Of a stretch of 64,000 bases of DNA, positions 51,221 through 60,281 are shown one piece after another; position 1 is the stretch's first letter; each line of letters opens with the position of its first letter. The notes below the pieces were generated by a model. The model was not told the origin of the DNA. It saw nothing but the letters and a program-made list of their open reading frames with translations, and made no database searches. Position numbers and translations under genes: made by a program. The stretch spans positions 4,420-68,419 of the forward strand of contig CAZYPA010000001.1 of assembly GCA_964649175.1 (NCBI GenBank), given 5' to 3'. Origin of the DNA: an uncultured Leptospirales bacterium (GTDB taxonomy: Bacteria; Spirochaetota; UBA4802; UBA5550).

Positions 51221-51652
51221 ATGAATATTAAAACCCGTTTTATAAAGCTTATAAGGATTTTAAAGAACAACCAGGGCTTTACACTTCTTGAGCTGATGAT
51301 TGTAGTTGCAATAATTGCTATAATGGCAGGCTTTGCAGTAACAAGATTTACAGGCGTTCTTGATAACACAAGGGTAACAGCAGTAAAGACCGATTTTAAA
51401 ACATACGAGTTTGCACTTGAGGCTTACTATATGAAAAACAGTCGCTATCCCTCTTCAGAAGAAGGCCTTCAGGCTCTTGTTGATGATGGCTTTGTTCAGA
51501 AAAAAAGCGATGCACTTTTAGATCCATGGAAAAACCCGTATCAGTACAGGTATCCTGGAGAATATAGTGACAGCCCGGAAATATGGAGCCTTGGAGCAGA
51601 TGGTACAGAAGGTGGAGAAGGTGCAAATGCTGATATTTTTAACTGGGATTGA
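51221..51652 (+). CDS. gspG: major pseudopilin GspG
   Basis: 143 aa. Prepilin motif G|FTLLELMIVVAIIAI and GspG hallmarks LDPWKNPYQY with a C-terminal GADG…GG…DADI.NW. The leader is about 19 aa, which is longer than usual. Confidence 0.9.
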   Translation: MNIKTRFIKLIRILKNNQGFTLLELMIVVAIIAIMAGFAVTRFTGVLDNTRVTAVKTDFKTYEFALEAYYMKNSRYPSSEEGLQALVDDGFVQKKSDALLDPWKNPYQYRYPGEYSDSPEIWSLGADGTEGGEGANADIFNWD

Positions 51653-52191
51653 TGTTGAATCCCCTTAACAGCAACAGGGGGTTTACCCTTATAGAACTGC
51701 TTGTTGTAATTGCAATACTTGCTGTTATGGCCCTTGTTGCACTTCCCCGTATTTCAGGATTTTTAAATTCCCAGAGGCAGGATTCTTCTCTGCTTTTGGC
51801 ATATCTTACAGCAGTATCTGATGATGCATTTGTTTCAGGCAGGACAAACTATCTTTTTATTCATCTTAATCTGCCTGGCGATGAAAGCATGTTTCCTGAT
51901 GAAGACCTATTCAGGGAAAGAAATGCCTTGAGTGTTCACAACCTTTCAGACGAAGAGTTTGTGATTAATTCGGCAAAAATACTCTCCCCAAGAAGTTTTA
52001 GCAGCTCCTTTGTTTTTGACAGCGTAATACTCGAAGGCGGGAAAATCATTGAATCGGGAAATGTGATTATACCCTTTTATTCAGACGGAACAAGTGAGGG
52101 TTTTTCTTTAAAGATTGTGTCAGATGAAAACCAGATTTTTTTCAGAAAAAACATAACCGGCAAATTACCCCTGATCCAGGATGATATTTAA
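51649..52191 (+). CDS. gspH: minor pseudopilin GspH-like
   Basis: 180 aa. Prepilin N-terminus GFTLIELLVVIAILAV. It sits at the gspH position. Confidence 0.6.
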   Translation: MMLNPLNSNRGFTLIELLVVIAILAVMALVALPRISGFLNSQRQDSSLLLAYLTAVSDDAFVSGRTNYLFIHLNLPGDESMFPDEDLFRERNALSVHNLSDEEFVINSAKILSPRSFSSSFVFDSVILEGGKIIESGNVIIPFYSDGTSEGFSLKIVSDENQIFFRKNITGKLPLIQDDI

Positions 52192-52579
52192 AGGCTCTTT
52201 AATGAATAAAGAAAAAAAAGGTTTTGCCTTAATAGAAGTTCTAATTGCTGTAACTATTCTCTCAGTTGTTCTTTTGAGTGTTTATTCCGGTATTTCTTCA
52301 GGAATAAATATTATTAATAATAGCAAAAATACTACTGAAGCTGTTGTAATTGCAAAATCATTGATGAATGAATTCAGGATCAATAAAATGCGTGGACCGG
52401 ATTTGCACGATGTTGATGTTGAAAGTAAACCAGGATTCAGATATGACAGGGTTAGCAGGCGTTATGAAAACCCCCTTTTAGGGCCTCTCCTTGCCCAGCA
52501 AACAGATATAATTGTTAAATGGGATTACAAGGGCAAGGAAAATGAATTTGTCCTTTCAATGGTATATCAGTTAAAATAA
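52181..52579 (+). CDS. gspI: minor pseudopilin GspI-like
   Basis: 132 aa. GFALIEVLIAVTIL N-terminus, with size and position consistent with GspI. Confidence 0.6.
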   Translation: MIFKGSLMNKEKKGFALIEVLIAVTILSVVLLSVYSGISSGINIINNSKNTTEAVVIAKSLMNEFRINKMRGPDLHDVDVESKPGFRYDRVSRRYENPLLGPLLAQQTDIIVKWDYKGKENEFVLSMVYQLK

Positions 52580-53220
52580 TGAAAAATCTCAGATTTAATA
52601 ATAGCGGTTTTACACTTGTGGAAATGCTTGTAGCAGTTTCTGTTTCCTCTATAATTCTTCTTATGATTTATACTGCCTACAGCTCGATCTTAAAAACTGT
52701 AAATTATGGTACAGCAGTTTCTTCTTATTATGAAAAATTAAATCTGGTTTTAAAAAAATTAGACAGAGATCTTTCCAATATATACTGGCGGGAGGATGGG
52801 AAAGCTGTTTTTTTATGTACTGAAAAGGATAAATCTTCTCTTTTAAGTTTTGTTACTTATGATTACAAAAATAACCGGATAATCAATAATATCAAGCATG
52901 GTCATCCTTTTTATGACATATACAGAGTATCATATTATCTTAAACCTGATGATTCAGGGAGATATTTCAACCTTATAAGAAACAGTGAATTTGGTTTTGA
53001 GGCAGATTTTGATGAAACCGGATTTGAAGAAACACTCCTTGATAATGTGATAGAATTCAAGGTTTCCCTGCCTTTGCGCAATGACTGGGTTGATAAATGG
53101 GACACAAGAGAAAACAGGCTGCTCCCTAAAGGAATTAAAGTAATTATTTTGCTGGAAAATATTTCAGGGATTCAGGAGAAATATGAAATTTTAACTGTTC
53201 CGGATATTGCAAATGATTAA
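52579..53220 (+). CDS. gspJ: minor pseudopilin GspJ-like
   Basis: 213 aa. GFTLVEMLVAVSV N-terminus, with size and position consistent with GspJ. Confidence 0.6.
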   Translation: MKNLRFNNSGFTLVEMLVAVSVSSIILLMIYTAYSSILKTVNYGTAVSSYYEKLNLVLKKLDRDLSNIYWREDGKAVFLCTEKDKSSLLSFVTYDYKNNRIINNIKHGHPFYDIYRVSYYLKPDDSGRYFNLIRNSEFGFEADFDETGFEETLLDNVIEFKVSLPLRNDWVDKWDTRENRLLPKGIKVIILLENISGIQEKYEILTVPDIAND

Positions 53221-54427
53221 AATTATTTCTGCTTTTATTGATAATTATAACAGACGAAAAAATATCCTTAACACAAAAGGTGTAAGAGGAATTTTTGAAT
53301 TTAACAGGGGTTACATACTCCTGATAGTTCTTGTGATTTCTGCTTTTCTTATATCTGTAACATCTGATTTTTTTCTTCGTTCCCATACCTATATAGGATA
53401 TCTCAAAAGGTTTAAGTCTGATGCTGCTGCTGATTATATTGCCTATTCCGGATTTGAACTTGCAAAGGCTGTGCTTGATGTGGATAGGCTTGGCCTTGGG
53501 GGTTCCTTTATGCAGGGATTGAACAATGATAAAAATATTGATACCTATAAAGATATATGGGCCCTTGATTTTCCGGAAATTCCCATAATGGATGGCTTTG
53601 TAAAATTTGAATTTGAGGATGAAAATTCCAAGATCAATTTAAGCGTTCTTGCTAATGATAGAGTTGAAAAAACTCCTTTTTATAACATGCTTCAGCGTTT
53701 TTTTCTTGATATGGGATTGCCTGTTGATCTTGCTGATGCTTTGATAGACTGGGTAGACCCTGATGATTTCCGTTCTCCCTATGGAGCTGAATCTTCAGGA
53801 TATTATCTCACCCTTACTCCTTCCTATTCTGCAAAAAATGAAGCCATGGACAGTATAGATGAACTTCACCTTGTAAAAGGTTTTTCCCCTGAAATTATTT
53901 ATGGTATTGGGGGAGGAAATTATGGAATTGAAAAAAATATTGTTGAAGATAATAAAGGAACAGTTAAAATACCACTTAATAAATTGGTCGATATTACCGG
54001 AGAAGAAGAGGCTTTTGAACCGGATTCTTCATTTCAGGAATCTGTTGAAGAAAAATTTGGCAGGGAAAAAAATAGAAGGCTTGATAAGTATTTGCGTGTA
54101 CATGGGAACAGGGATAATTTCACCTCTGAGATTAATAGGATAAATATAAATACAGCTTCTTTTAGAATACTTATGGCACTTACTTCTTCAATAACAGAGG
54201 ATAATGTAGAAGAAATCATACGCAGACGGCAATTGCAGCCTTTTAAAGCAGTGAGTGAAATAAATTCCTTTTTAGGAGAAGATCATAATCTGGGAAATCT
54301 GCTAACAGTAAAATCGCAGATTTTTAAAATAACTGTTACTGCTTCAGTTGAAAGCGGTTTTTCCAGGCACATAGTCTATTATGACAGGGTAAACAAAAAA
54401 ATATTAGCATACACTAAAGAGCAGTAG
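53207..54427 (+). CDS. gspK: minor pseudopilin GspK-like
   Basis: 406 aa. N-terminal hydrophobic helix lacking Glu5 (GYILLIVLVISAFL), a large periplasmic domain, and a position consistent with GspK. Confidence 0.6.
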   Translation: MQMIKIISAFIDNYNRRKNILNTKGVRGIFEFNRGYILLIVLVISAFLISVTSDFFLRSHTYIGYLKRFKSDAAADYIAYSGFELAKAVLDVDRLGLGGSFMQGLNNDKNIDTYKDIWALDFPEIPIMDGFVKFEFEDENSKINLSVLANDRVEKTPFYNMLQRFFLDMGLPVDLADALIDWVDPDDFRSPYGAESSGYYLTLTPSYSAKNEAMDSIDELHLVKGFSPEIIYGIGGGNYGIEKNIVEDNKGTVKIPLNKLVDITGEEEAFEPDSSFQESVEEKFGREKNRRLDKYLRVHGNRDNFTSEINRININTASFRILMALTSSITEDNVEEIIRRRQLQPFKAVSEINSFLGEDHNLGNLLTVKSQIFKITVTASVESGFSRHIVYYDRVNKKILAYTKEQ

Positions 54428-54443
54428 GTTATGGAGGGCTTCT

Positions 54444-56051
54444 TTGTTTGATAATATTGCATCAATAGATATTGGGTCATCATCTATCAAAATAATGAAG
54501 ATAAAAAGAGGATTTAAAAAGTTTGATATAACCTCTTTAATTCATGAAAAAATAGATCTTGATCTTGCTGAAAAGGATTACAATGCTGCTGTGATAGAAT
54601 CATTTGACAGAATTTTAGAAAGTCATGATTTGTCAGATTGCCGCATTATTACCACTGCCCCTTCAGAGGAGATGGCTATTCGTGACATAATCTTCCCTTT
54701 TTCAGAATCATCAAAAATAGCAGCAGCAGTTCCTTATGAAGCAGAGGAAACTCTCCCCTTTCCTATAAGCTCAGCATCATATGATTTTCAAATGTTACCA
54801 GAAAATCCTGACAATTCCAGAAGTGTTATTTTTGCAGCTATTAAAAAAACTTTACTTTCTGAAAATGTTGAATTTTACAATAGCCAGGGTCTTTTCCCTG
54901 TTTTCTCAGGCCTTGAATCTAACGGACTTTTTCGCTGTTATGAATATTTTAATACTGTTGATGCTGAAAGCCTTATTTTGCTGGATCTTGGCTATAGCAA
55001 AAGTATTATAAATATTATAAAGAATAATACTGTTTCATTTATGCGGATAATTCCTCTTGGACTGGAGAGTTTAATTAGCTGGCTTTCAAAAGAGCTTTCT
55101 GTTTCTCTTAATGAAGCAATAAAAATTTTTGAATCCCTTGACATAGATGTCAGCAAAAAAGATGGCAATTCTAAAAACGATATTTATAGAGATTTTGGTC
55201 TTAGCAAAGCAAAATATAAATCTTTATATGATAACACAAAAAATCTTTTTCTTGAAATATGCAAAGAAGTTATAATTACTATTAATTCTGAAAGTTCCAA
55301 AAAAGAAGAATACATGTTCAGCAGAATAATAATATCAGGTGGCGGTTCTAATGTGAAAGGGCTTTCAGGACTGGTTAGTGATGTGATTAATATCCCTGCA
55401 GTTTTTATGCCTTTTTTTAATGAATACCCGGATCAGAATATAAAAAGCAGGTTTTCTGTTTGTTTTGGGAATCTGCTTGTTTTTATGAATCATAAAAACA
55501 ACTCCATAAATCTTTTAAAGGGCGACCTTCTTCCTGAAGGTTTTGAAAAAGGGCTGGAAAAATATAAGCTTCCTTTGTTTTTTGTTTCTGCTGCTTTAAT
55601 TATACTTATTTTTAATTTTATAATTACTTTTTTTCTTGCAAGCAAAAATAGCAATTACTATGAGGATATTTTAAAAGAGAGATATAAAAAATTTTTTGAC
55701 ACACAAAATGCACCGGATGATCCCCTTGCTGAGGCTTTAAAAAAACTTAATTCTACAAAAAAAGAACTTTCTGTTATAAAGGCAGTTACTGGTGAAAGGG
55801 ATTCCTTTATGAGTCTTATTTCTGCTGTAATTAAAAATTTTCCTGATTCAGCTGGTTTTGATTTAAAAAAAATTACCTATGATGGAAATAGCATAGTTCT
55901 TGATGGTGAAATTAGAAACAGTGCAGAGCTTGAAGCTTTTAAAAATAATCTTCGTAAATCGGAAATCTTTGAATCTGTCAGCTCAGACATAAGGGATTCA
56001 AATTCTGCCAGGAGCCTTTTTACAATGACAATTAAACGAAAGATATTATAA
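54444..56051 (+). CDS. gspL: type II secretion protein GspL-like (cytoplasmic actin-like domain, TM, periplasmic domain)
   Basis: 535 aa with a single central TM (LPLFFVSAALIILIFNFIITFFL) and a position consistent with GspL. It is longer than typical GspL. Confidence 0.55.
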   Translation: MFDNIASIDIGSSSIKIMKIKRGFKKFDITSLIHEKIDLDLAEKDYNAAVIESFDRILESHDLSDCRIITTAPSEEMAIRDIIFPFSESSKIAAAVPYEAEETLPFPISSASYDFQMLPENPDNSRSVIFAAIKKTLLSENVEFYNSQGLFPVFSGLESNGLFRCYEYFNTVDAESLILLDLGYSKSIINIIKNNTVSFMRIIPLGLESLISWLSKELSVSLNEAIKIFESLDIDVSKKDGNSKNDIYRDFGLSKAKYKSLYDNTKNLFLEICKEVIITINSESSKKEEYMFSRIIISGGGSNVKGLSGLVSDVINIPAVFMPFFNEYPDQNIKSRFSVCFGNLLVFMNHKNNSINLLKGDLLPEGFEKGLEKYKLPLFFVSAALIILIFNFIITFFLASKNSNYYEDILKERYKKFFDTQNAPDDPLAEALKKLNSTKKELSVIKAVTGERDSFMSLISAVIKNFPDSAGFDLKKITYDGNSIVLDGEIRNSAELEAFKNNLRKSEIFESVSSDIRDSNSARSLFTMTIKRKIL

Positions 56052-56061
56052 GGGATAGGTT

Positions 56062-56577
56062 ATGTTTAAATTATCCAAAAGAGAAAAAAAGCTTTTACAA
56101 ATTCTTGCTGTGCTTATTGGCATTATGTTTCTCTATTATTTTTTTATAGTGCCTGTAAAGAATTTTAAAACAAGAAGTGATAATTTAAATAAAAGCAATC
56201 TTGATAAGCTTGTCAGATTTGATGAGCTTATTTTTCAATATAAAGATACAGTAAATGAAAAGCAGCGCCTTGAAAATGCTATTATTTCAGGAACTGGAAT
56301 ATCTACTCTGGTTGATGAAATCGGTCTTTCTTTAAATATTTCAGGAAACAAGGTTTATCTTCGTGAAAGGCCCGGGCGAATACAGGAAGGAATCCAGATA
56401 ATAACTACTGAGCTGAAATTTGAAGGTCTTAATATTCAGTCTTTGCTTGAATTTATAAGCAGGCTTGAAAATTCCAACACTATGCTTAAAATCAGAAATA
56501 TGACACTTACAGCAGGGCTAAAAGATACAAATAAATATGATGCTGTAATTACTATTGTAAGTTTTTACAGGAGATAG
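56062..56577 (+). CDS. gspM: type II secretion protein GspM-like
   Basis: 171 aa, N-terminal TM. Position and size are consistent with GspM. Confidence 0.5.
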   Translation: MFKLSKREKKLLQILAVLIGIMFLYYFFIVPVKNFKTRSDNLNKSNLDKLVRFDELIFQYKDTVNEKQRLENAIISGTGISTLVDEIGLSLNISGNKVYLRERPGRIQEGIQIITTELKFEGLNIQSLLEFISRLENSNTMLKIRNMTLTAGLKDTNKYDAVITIVSFYRR

Positions 56578-56582
56578 ATAAA

Positions 56583-57446
56583 ATGCAATTAAAAGATTTG
56601 CCTGTTAAATTAAAGGAGGTGTTATTCCGATTTGTGCAGGTTATAAAGGGGCTAAAAGAGCTCCCGCATTTCTGGAAATATATATTTCTGGCATTCATTT
56701 TTACGCTTTTATTTATAGTGATTACTTTCCCTTATGATAGATTAATAAGCAGGCAATTGCAGCAGTATGAAGGTAAGGCCTTTAGAACTGCTTCAATTAA
56801 AGATATTAAATTTTCATTTTTTGGCAATACTATTCTTGACGATGTTTATTTTGTTTTAAATAATAATGATGAGATAGAATTAAAAAATTCAATTATAGCC
56901 ATAAATAAAAATCCCTGGAAATTGCTGTATAAAAAAAATATTGTAACAGATTTTCAAATAAGAGGATTCAAATACCTCTCTACTAAACTTGATGCAGCAG
57001 TAAATTTTAATGGCAATTCTGACGTAGTTGTTATCAATAAAGGAGCTCTGCCTGTTGAAGGCTGGGTTAAGCTTTTAATAAGCAATGCTGTTTTAAAGCT
57101 CGATGAAATAACCTTTCAGGGACCGCTTGGTCCAATGATTTTGAAAATAGGCACAATTCAAATCAGTGCTGTTAACTGTGATCTAGACATGGCTTCAGGT
57201 GTTATTAATATTGCCAGATTTGAAGTAACAGGTGATGACCTTTCTGGTTCTGTTTCAGGGAATATTAAGCCGGAAAATTTTCTCCCGGGCTCTTCATTAA
57301 ATCTCACTGTGAATGTAAACCCTGATTCAGCTGTTTTATCCGAGTACAAAAATATTGTTCAGTCCTTTGTGAAGAACAATACCCTTACCTTTTATGTAAA
57401 AGGGACATTTGCAAAGCCAAATATAGGTTTAACACCAGGTGATTAA
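56583..57446 (+). CDS. gspN: type II secretion protein GspN-like
   Basis: 287 aa, N-terminal TM. It is the terminal gene of the cluster, as GspN usually is. Confidence 0.4.
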   Translation: MQLKDLPVKLKEVLFRFVQVIKGLKELPHFWKYIFLAFIFTLLFIVITFPYDRLISRQLQQYEGKAFRTASIKDIKFSFFGNTILDDVYFVLNNNDEIELKNSIIAINKNPWKLLYKKNIVTDFQIRGFKYLSTKLDAAVNFNGNSDVVVINKGALPVEGWVKLLISNAVLKLDEITFQGPLGPMILKIGTIQISAVNCDLDMASGVINIARFEVTGDDLSGSVSGNIKPENFLPGSSLNLTVNVNPDSAVLSEYKNIVQSFVKNNTLTFYVKGTFAKPNIGLTPGD

Positions 57447-57449
57447 ATT

Positions 57450-59162
57450 ATGAAAATTGAAATGGCACGTCATTCCGGTTTCTGCATGGGTGTCAGAAAT
57501 GCTGTTCTTAAAATTGTGGATGAGCTTAACTCTTCAGATGAAAATATATTTGTTTATGGCCCGCTGATTCATAATCCCCAGTCAATTGAGGTTTTGCGAA
57601 AACGGGGGCTTATCACAATTAATTCCCTTGATGAAATTAAAGATAAACAGGTAGCTATTAGAACACACGGCATTCCTCTTTCAGAGAACAGGGAAATACG
57701 AGGAAAAGCTGCACGTACAATTAATCTGACCTGCTCACGCGTAGCCAAGGTGCAGTCAATCATAAAAAAGTATTCACGTGATGGTTACTTTACAATTATT
57801 GTTGGGGACAGGGATCACGCTGAAGTTATAGGATTAAAAAGCTATGCAGGATCCGGCGTATTTGTTGTGTCACACAAGGATGACATAGATCGAATACCTT
57901 TATCTGAAAAATATATTGTTGTTTCTCAGACAACACATGAGCGCGCGCAGTTTGAAGATATTGTCAATGCCATAAAAATGTCTTTTACAAATGTAAATGT
58001 AATTGATACAATCTGCGATTCCACCAGACTTCGTCAGGACGATGTTATTGAAGCTATTAAAAAAGGAATTGATACTCTTGTTGTTGTTGGTGGTAAAAAT
58101 TCAGCCAACACCTCCCGCCTTGCTAAAATAGGTATTGATAATGGAATTAAAACATTTCACATAGAAACAGATGATGAATTAAAAACAGCAGATTTTAAAA
58201 ACTCAAATTATGTTCTTGTAACAGCAGGGGCATCTACGCCAGGCTGGATAATAAATAATGTTCTGGAAAAATTATACACAATAAAATATTCCAAAAGCAA
58301 TGTTTTTACTAAAACATTAAAAATGTATTTTGAATTCCTTGTAAGAAGCAATATAATTTCTTCAATAGCAGCTTTTATAATGGTGCTTATTGCTCAAAAG
58401 TTTGCAGGTCTTCAGCCTGAATATAAATCGGGTATCATTGCTTCTCTATATATTTTTATAATGTATTCAGTTAATAATTATTTCGACAGGCATTTTCTTG
58501 TTAAAAGCAATTCATATAAGTACAGTGTTTATAAAAATTTCGGGCTATTGCTTCTTTCTTTATCAATCCTTGCTTTTTTTATTTCTTTATATCTTGCTTA
58601 TACATTATCGCCTTTACTAATGTATACTATTCTTCTCCCCTATTTTTTTGGAATTATATATTCAGCGCCATTTTCTAAAAGTATAATAAAAAAAATAAAC
58701 TGGAAAGTTTTTAAAAAATTATATAGTTCAAAGATAATTACCTCATTTGGATGGCTTGTAGGTGTAATTTACGTTCCTTACTTTATGCAGGGTGTTGGTG
58801 CTTTAGAATACACAGCAATGGCCTTATTTTTTTGTCTCTTTATCTTTTTAAGGAATACAATTATAGATCTTGTAGCTTTTCAGGGTGATTTAATTCTCGG
58901 CAGGGATACTCTGGCAACCTGGCTTGGAATAAAAAAAACATCTGTTCTTGTTACAGCAGCTACTGTTTTTATAATAATATTTTTTTCCATAGCAGCGGTT
59001 TATTCCGGGCAAATTAACTTCCTCGCCTTATTATTAGCCATAGGATATTACCTTGTTATCTTTTATAAAATTATTAAAACTGATTATTTCATATCATTAA
59101 AATATGAGTTTATAATAGAGGCTAATTACCTGATTCTTTTAATACTTTATTTTATTCTTTGA
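57450..59162 (+). CDS. ispH: 4-hydroxy-3-methylbut-2-enyl diphosphate reductase IspH fused to a C-terminal UbiA-like polytopic membrane domain
   Basis: 570 aa. Residues about 1-280 carry IspH motifs with the three cluster cysteines (HSGFCMGVRNAV; LTCSRVAKVQ; DTICDSTRLRQ) and NTSRLAKI. Residues about 285-570 form a multi-TM region with UbiA-like Asp motifs (NNYFDRHF; DLVAFQGDLILGRDTLATWLG). Confidence 0.8.
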   Translation: MKIEMARHSGFCMGVRNAVLKIVDELNSSDENIFVYGPLIHNPQSIEVLRKRGLITINSLDEIKDKQVAIRTHGIPLSENREIRGKAARTINLTCSRVAKVQSIIKKYSRDGYFTIIVGDRDHAEVIGLKSYAGSGVFVVSHKDDIDRIPLSEKYIVVSQTTHERAQFEDIVNAIKMSFTNVNVIDTICDSTRLRQDDVIEAIKKGIDTLVVVGGKNSANTSRLAKIGIDNGIKTFHIETDDELKTADFKNSNYVLVTAGASTPGWIINNVLEKLYTIKYSKSNVFTKTLKMYFEFLVRSNIISSIAAFIMVLIAQKFAGLQPEYKSGIIASLYIFIMYSVNNYFDRHFLVKSNSYKYSVYKNFGLLLLSLSILAFFISLYLAYTLSPLLMYTILLPYFFGIIYSAPFSKSIIKKINWKVFKKLYSSKIITSFGWLVGVIYVPYFMQGVGALEYTAMALFFCLFIFLRNTIIDLVAFQGDLILGRDTLATWLGIKKTSVLVTAATVFIIIFFSIAAVYSGQINFLALLLAIGYYLVIFYKIIKTDYFISLKYEFIIEANYLILLILYFIL

Positions 59163-59197
59163 AAGCATGTTTTTTTAATTATATTTTTTAATCCGAA

Positions 59198-60124
59198 TTA
59201 AACCTTAATCAGCTTAACCATAGGTCCTGTTTCTACTAATAATTCCTTATCAGCTTTGTAAATGTCTCCATCCATAGTATAGTCAAACTCCCCGGGATAA
59301 GTGAGCTCGATTGTTTTACACAAGGCATTATAATAGCTTTTATCATTTATTGTAGTACCAGTGCGGAGGCGGTTGATGTTTTTTAAAAGCTTGCCTGGAG
59401 CCATTGCTGTAATGATTACCTGAAAACGATCTTTTTCTTTAGATGCTATGGAAAGAGGAGAAAACCCCATGCCAATATGTTCTACAGTACCAGCCAAGAT
59501 TCCATTTACAGGATTAATTTCTATTAAGTTCTTATCAATCCGGATTTCTCCATGCATCCAGCTGAATATTTTACCATCCTCTACATTTTTTAAACCTTCG
59601 TAAAAAGCAGATGATGCAACCTGAATATTTCGTATAAAACCCTTTTCTTTCCCATTGTAAGCTTCATTAAGAAAATTTGTTACCACTCCTGTGCCAAAGA
59701 GAAAGCAGTATTTATCATTTATTTTTATAGTATTCCTTTTATGAATTTCAATTTCTTTTTTATTGCTTATAGACCATAGCAGTCTTTTAATAAGGTCCGG
59801 TCCTTTCCCCTGGAGTTTAATAGTACGTGCCACATTGTTCATTGTGCCCTCACGGAGTATGAGAATAGGCGGGGTATGTTCTTCTCCGTATATGTGCATA
59901 AGCTCTGTAACAGCCAGGTGTAGAGTGCCATCGCCGCCTGCAATACCTACATAGTCACAGCTGTTATTTTTGAACTCTTGTATAATCCTTTGAATATCAT
60001 CTATGTCTTCAGTAAGTTTAATCAAAAGGTTATCAGATTGAATATTGGTATAGTTTTTTAAAGATGATCTTTTTGTGCGAAATTTTTTAGCATTAGGATT
60101 TATCAGTATTCCAATTTTTTTCAT
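59198..60124 (-). CDS. diacylglycerol kinase catalytic-domain lipid kinase (YegS/DgkA-eukaryotic-type, DAGK_cat)
   Basis: 308 aa with the GGDGTLH motif (IAGGDGTLHLAVTEL). Confidence 0.7.
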   Translation of the reverse strand: MKKIGILINPNAKKFRTKRSSLKNYTNIQSDNLLIKLTEDIDDIQRIIQEFKNNSCDYVGIAGGDGTLHLAVTELMHIYGEEHTPPILILREGTMNNVARTIKLQGKGPDLIKRLLWSISNKKEIEIHKRNTIKINDKYCFLFGTGVVTNFLNEAYNGKEKGFIRNIQVASSAFYEGLKNVEDGKIFSWMHGEIRIDKNLIEINPVNGILAGTVEHIGMGFSPLSIASKEKDRFQVIITAMAPGKLLKNINRLRTGTTINDKSYYNALCKTIELTYPGEFDYTMDGDIYKADKELLVETGPMVKLIKV

Positions 60125-60281
60125 TCTTATATCTCCTAAATCTCCTGGAGAGATTTTAAAATTATTTTTTAAATATAACTTTTTAGCAATTTACAATAAG
60201 TAAAATTTAATGTTGCAATATTATTATTTGGTTATTTTATGTTTTAATATCATTAAATCGAAAATATTAGTACTGGTAAAT

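Noticed and set aside
60210-60281. ORF-track N-terminal extension of folC (MLQYYYLVILCFNIIKSKILVLVN)
   Set aside because: It is a hydrophobic, AT-driven low-complexity extension with no FolC counterpart. The internal ATG at 60282 yields a canonical N-terminus, about 50 aa before the P-loop.
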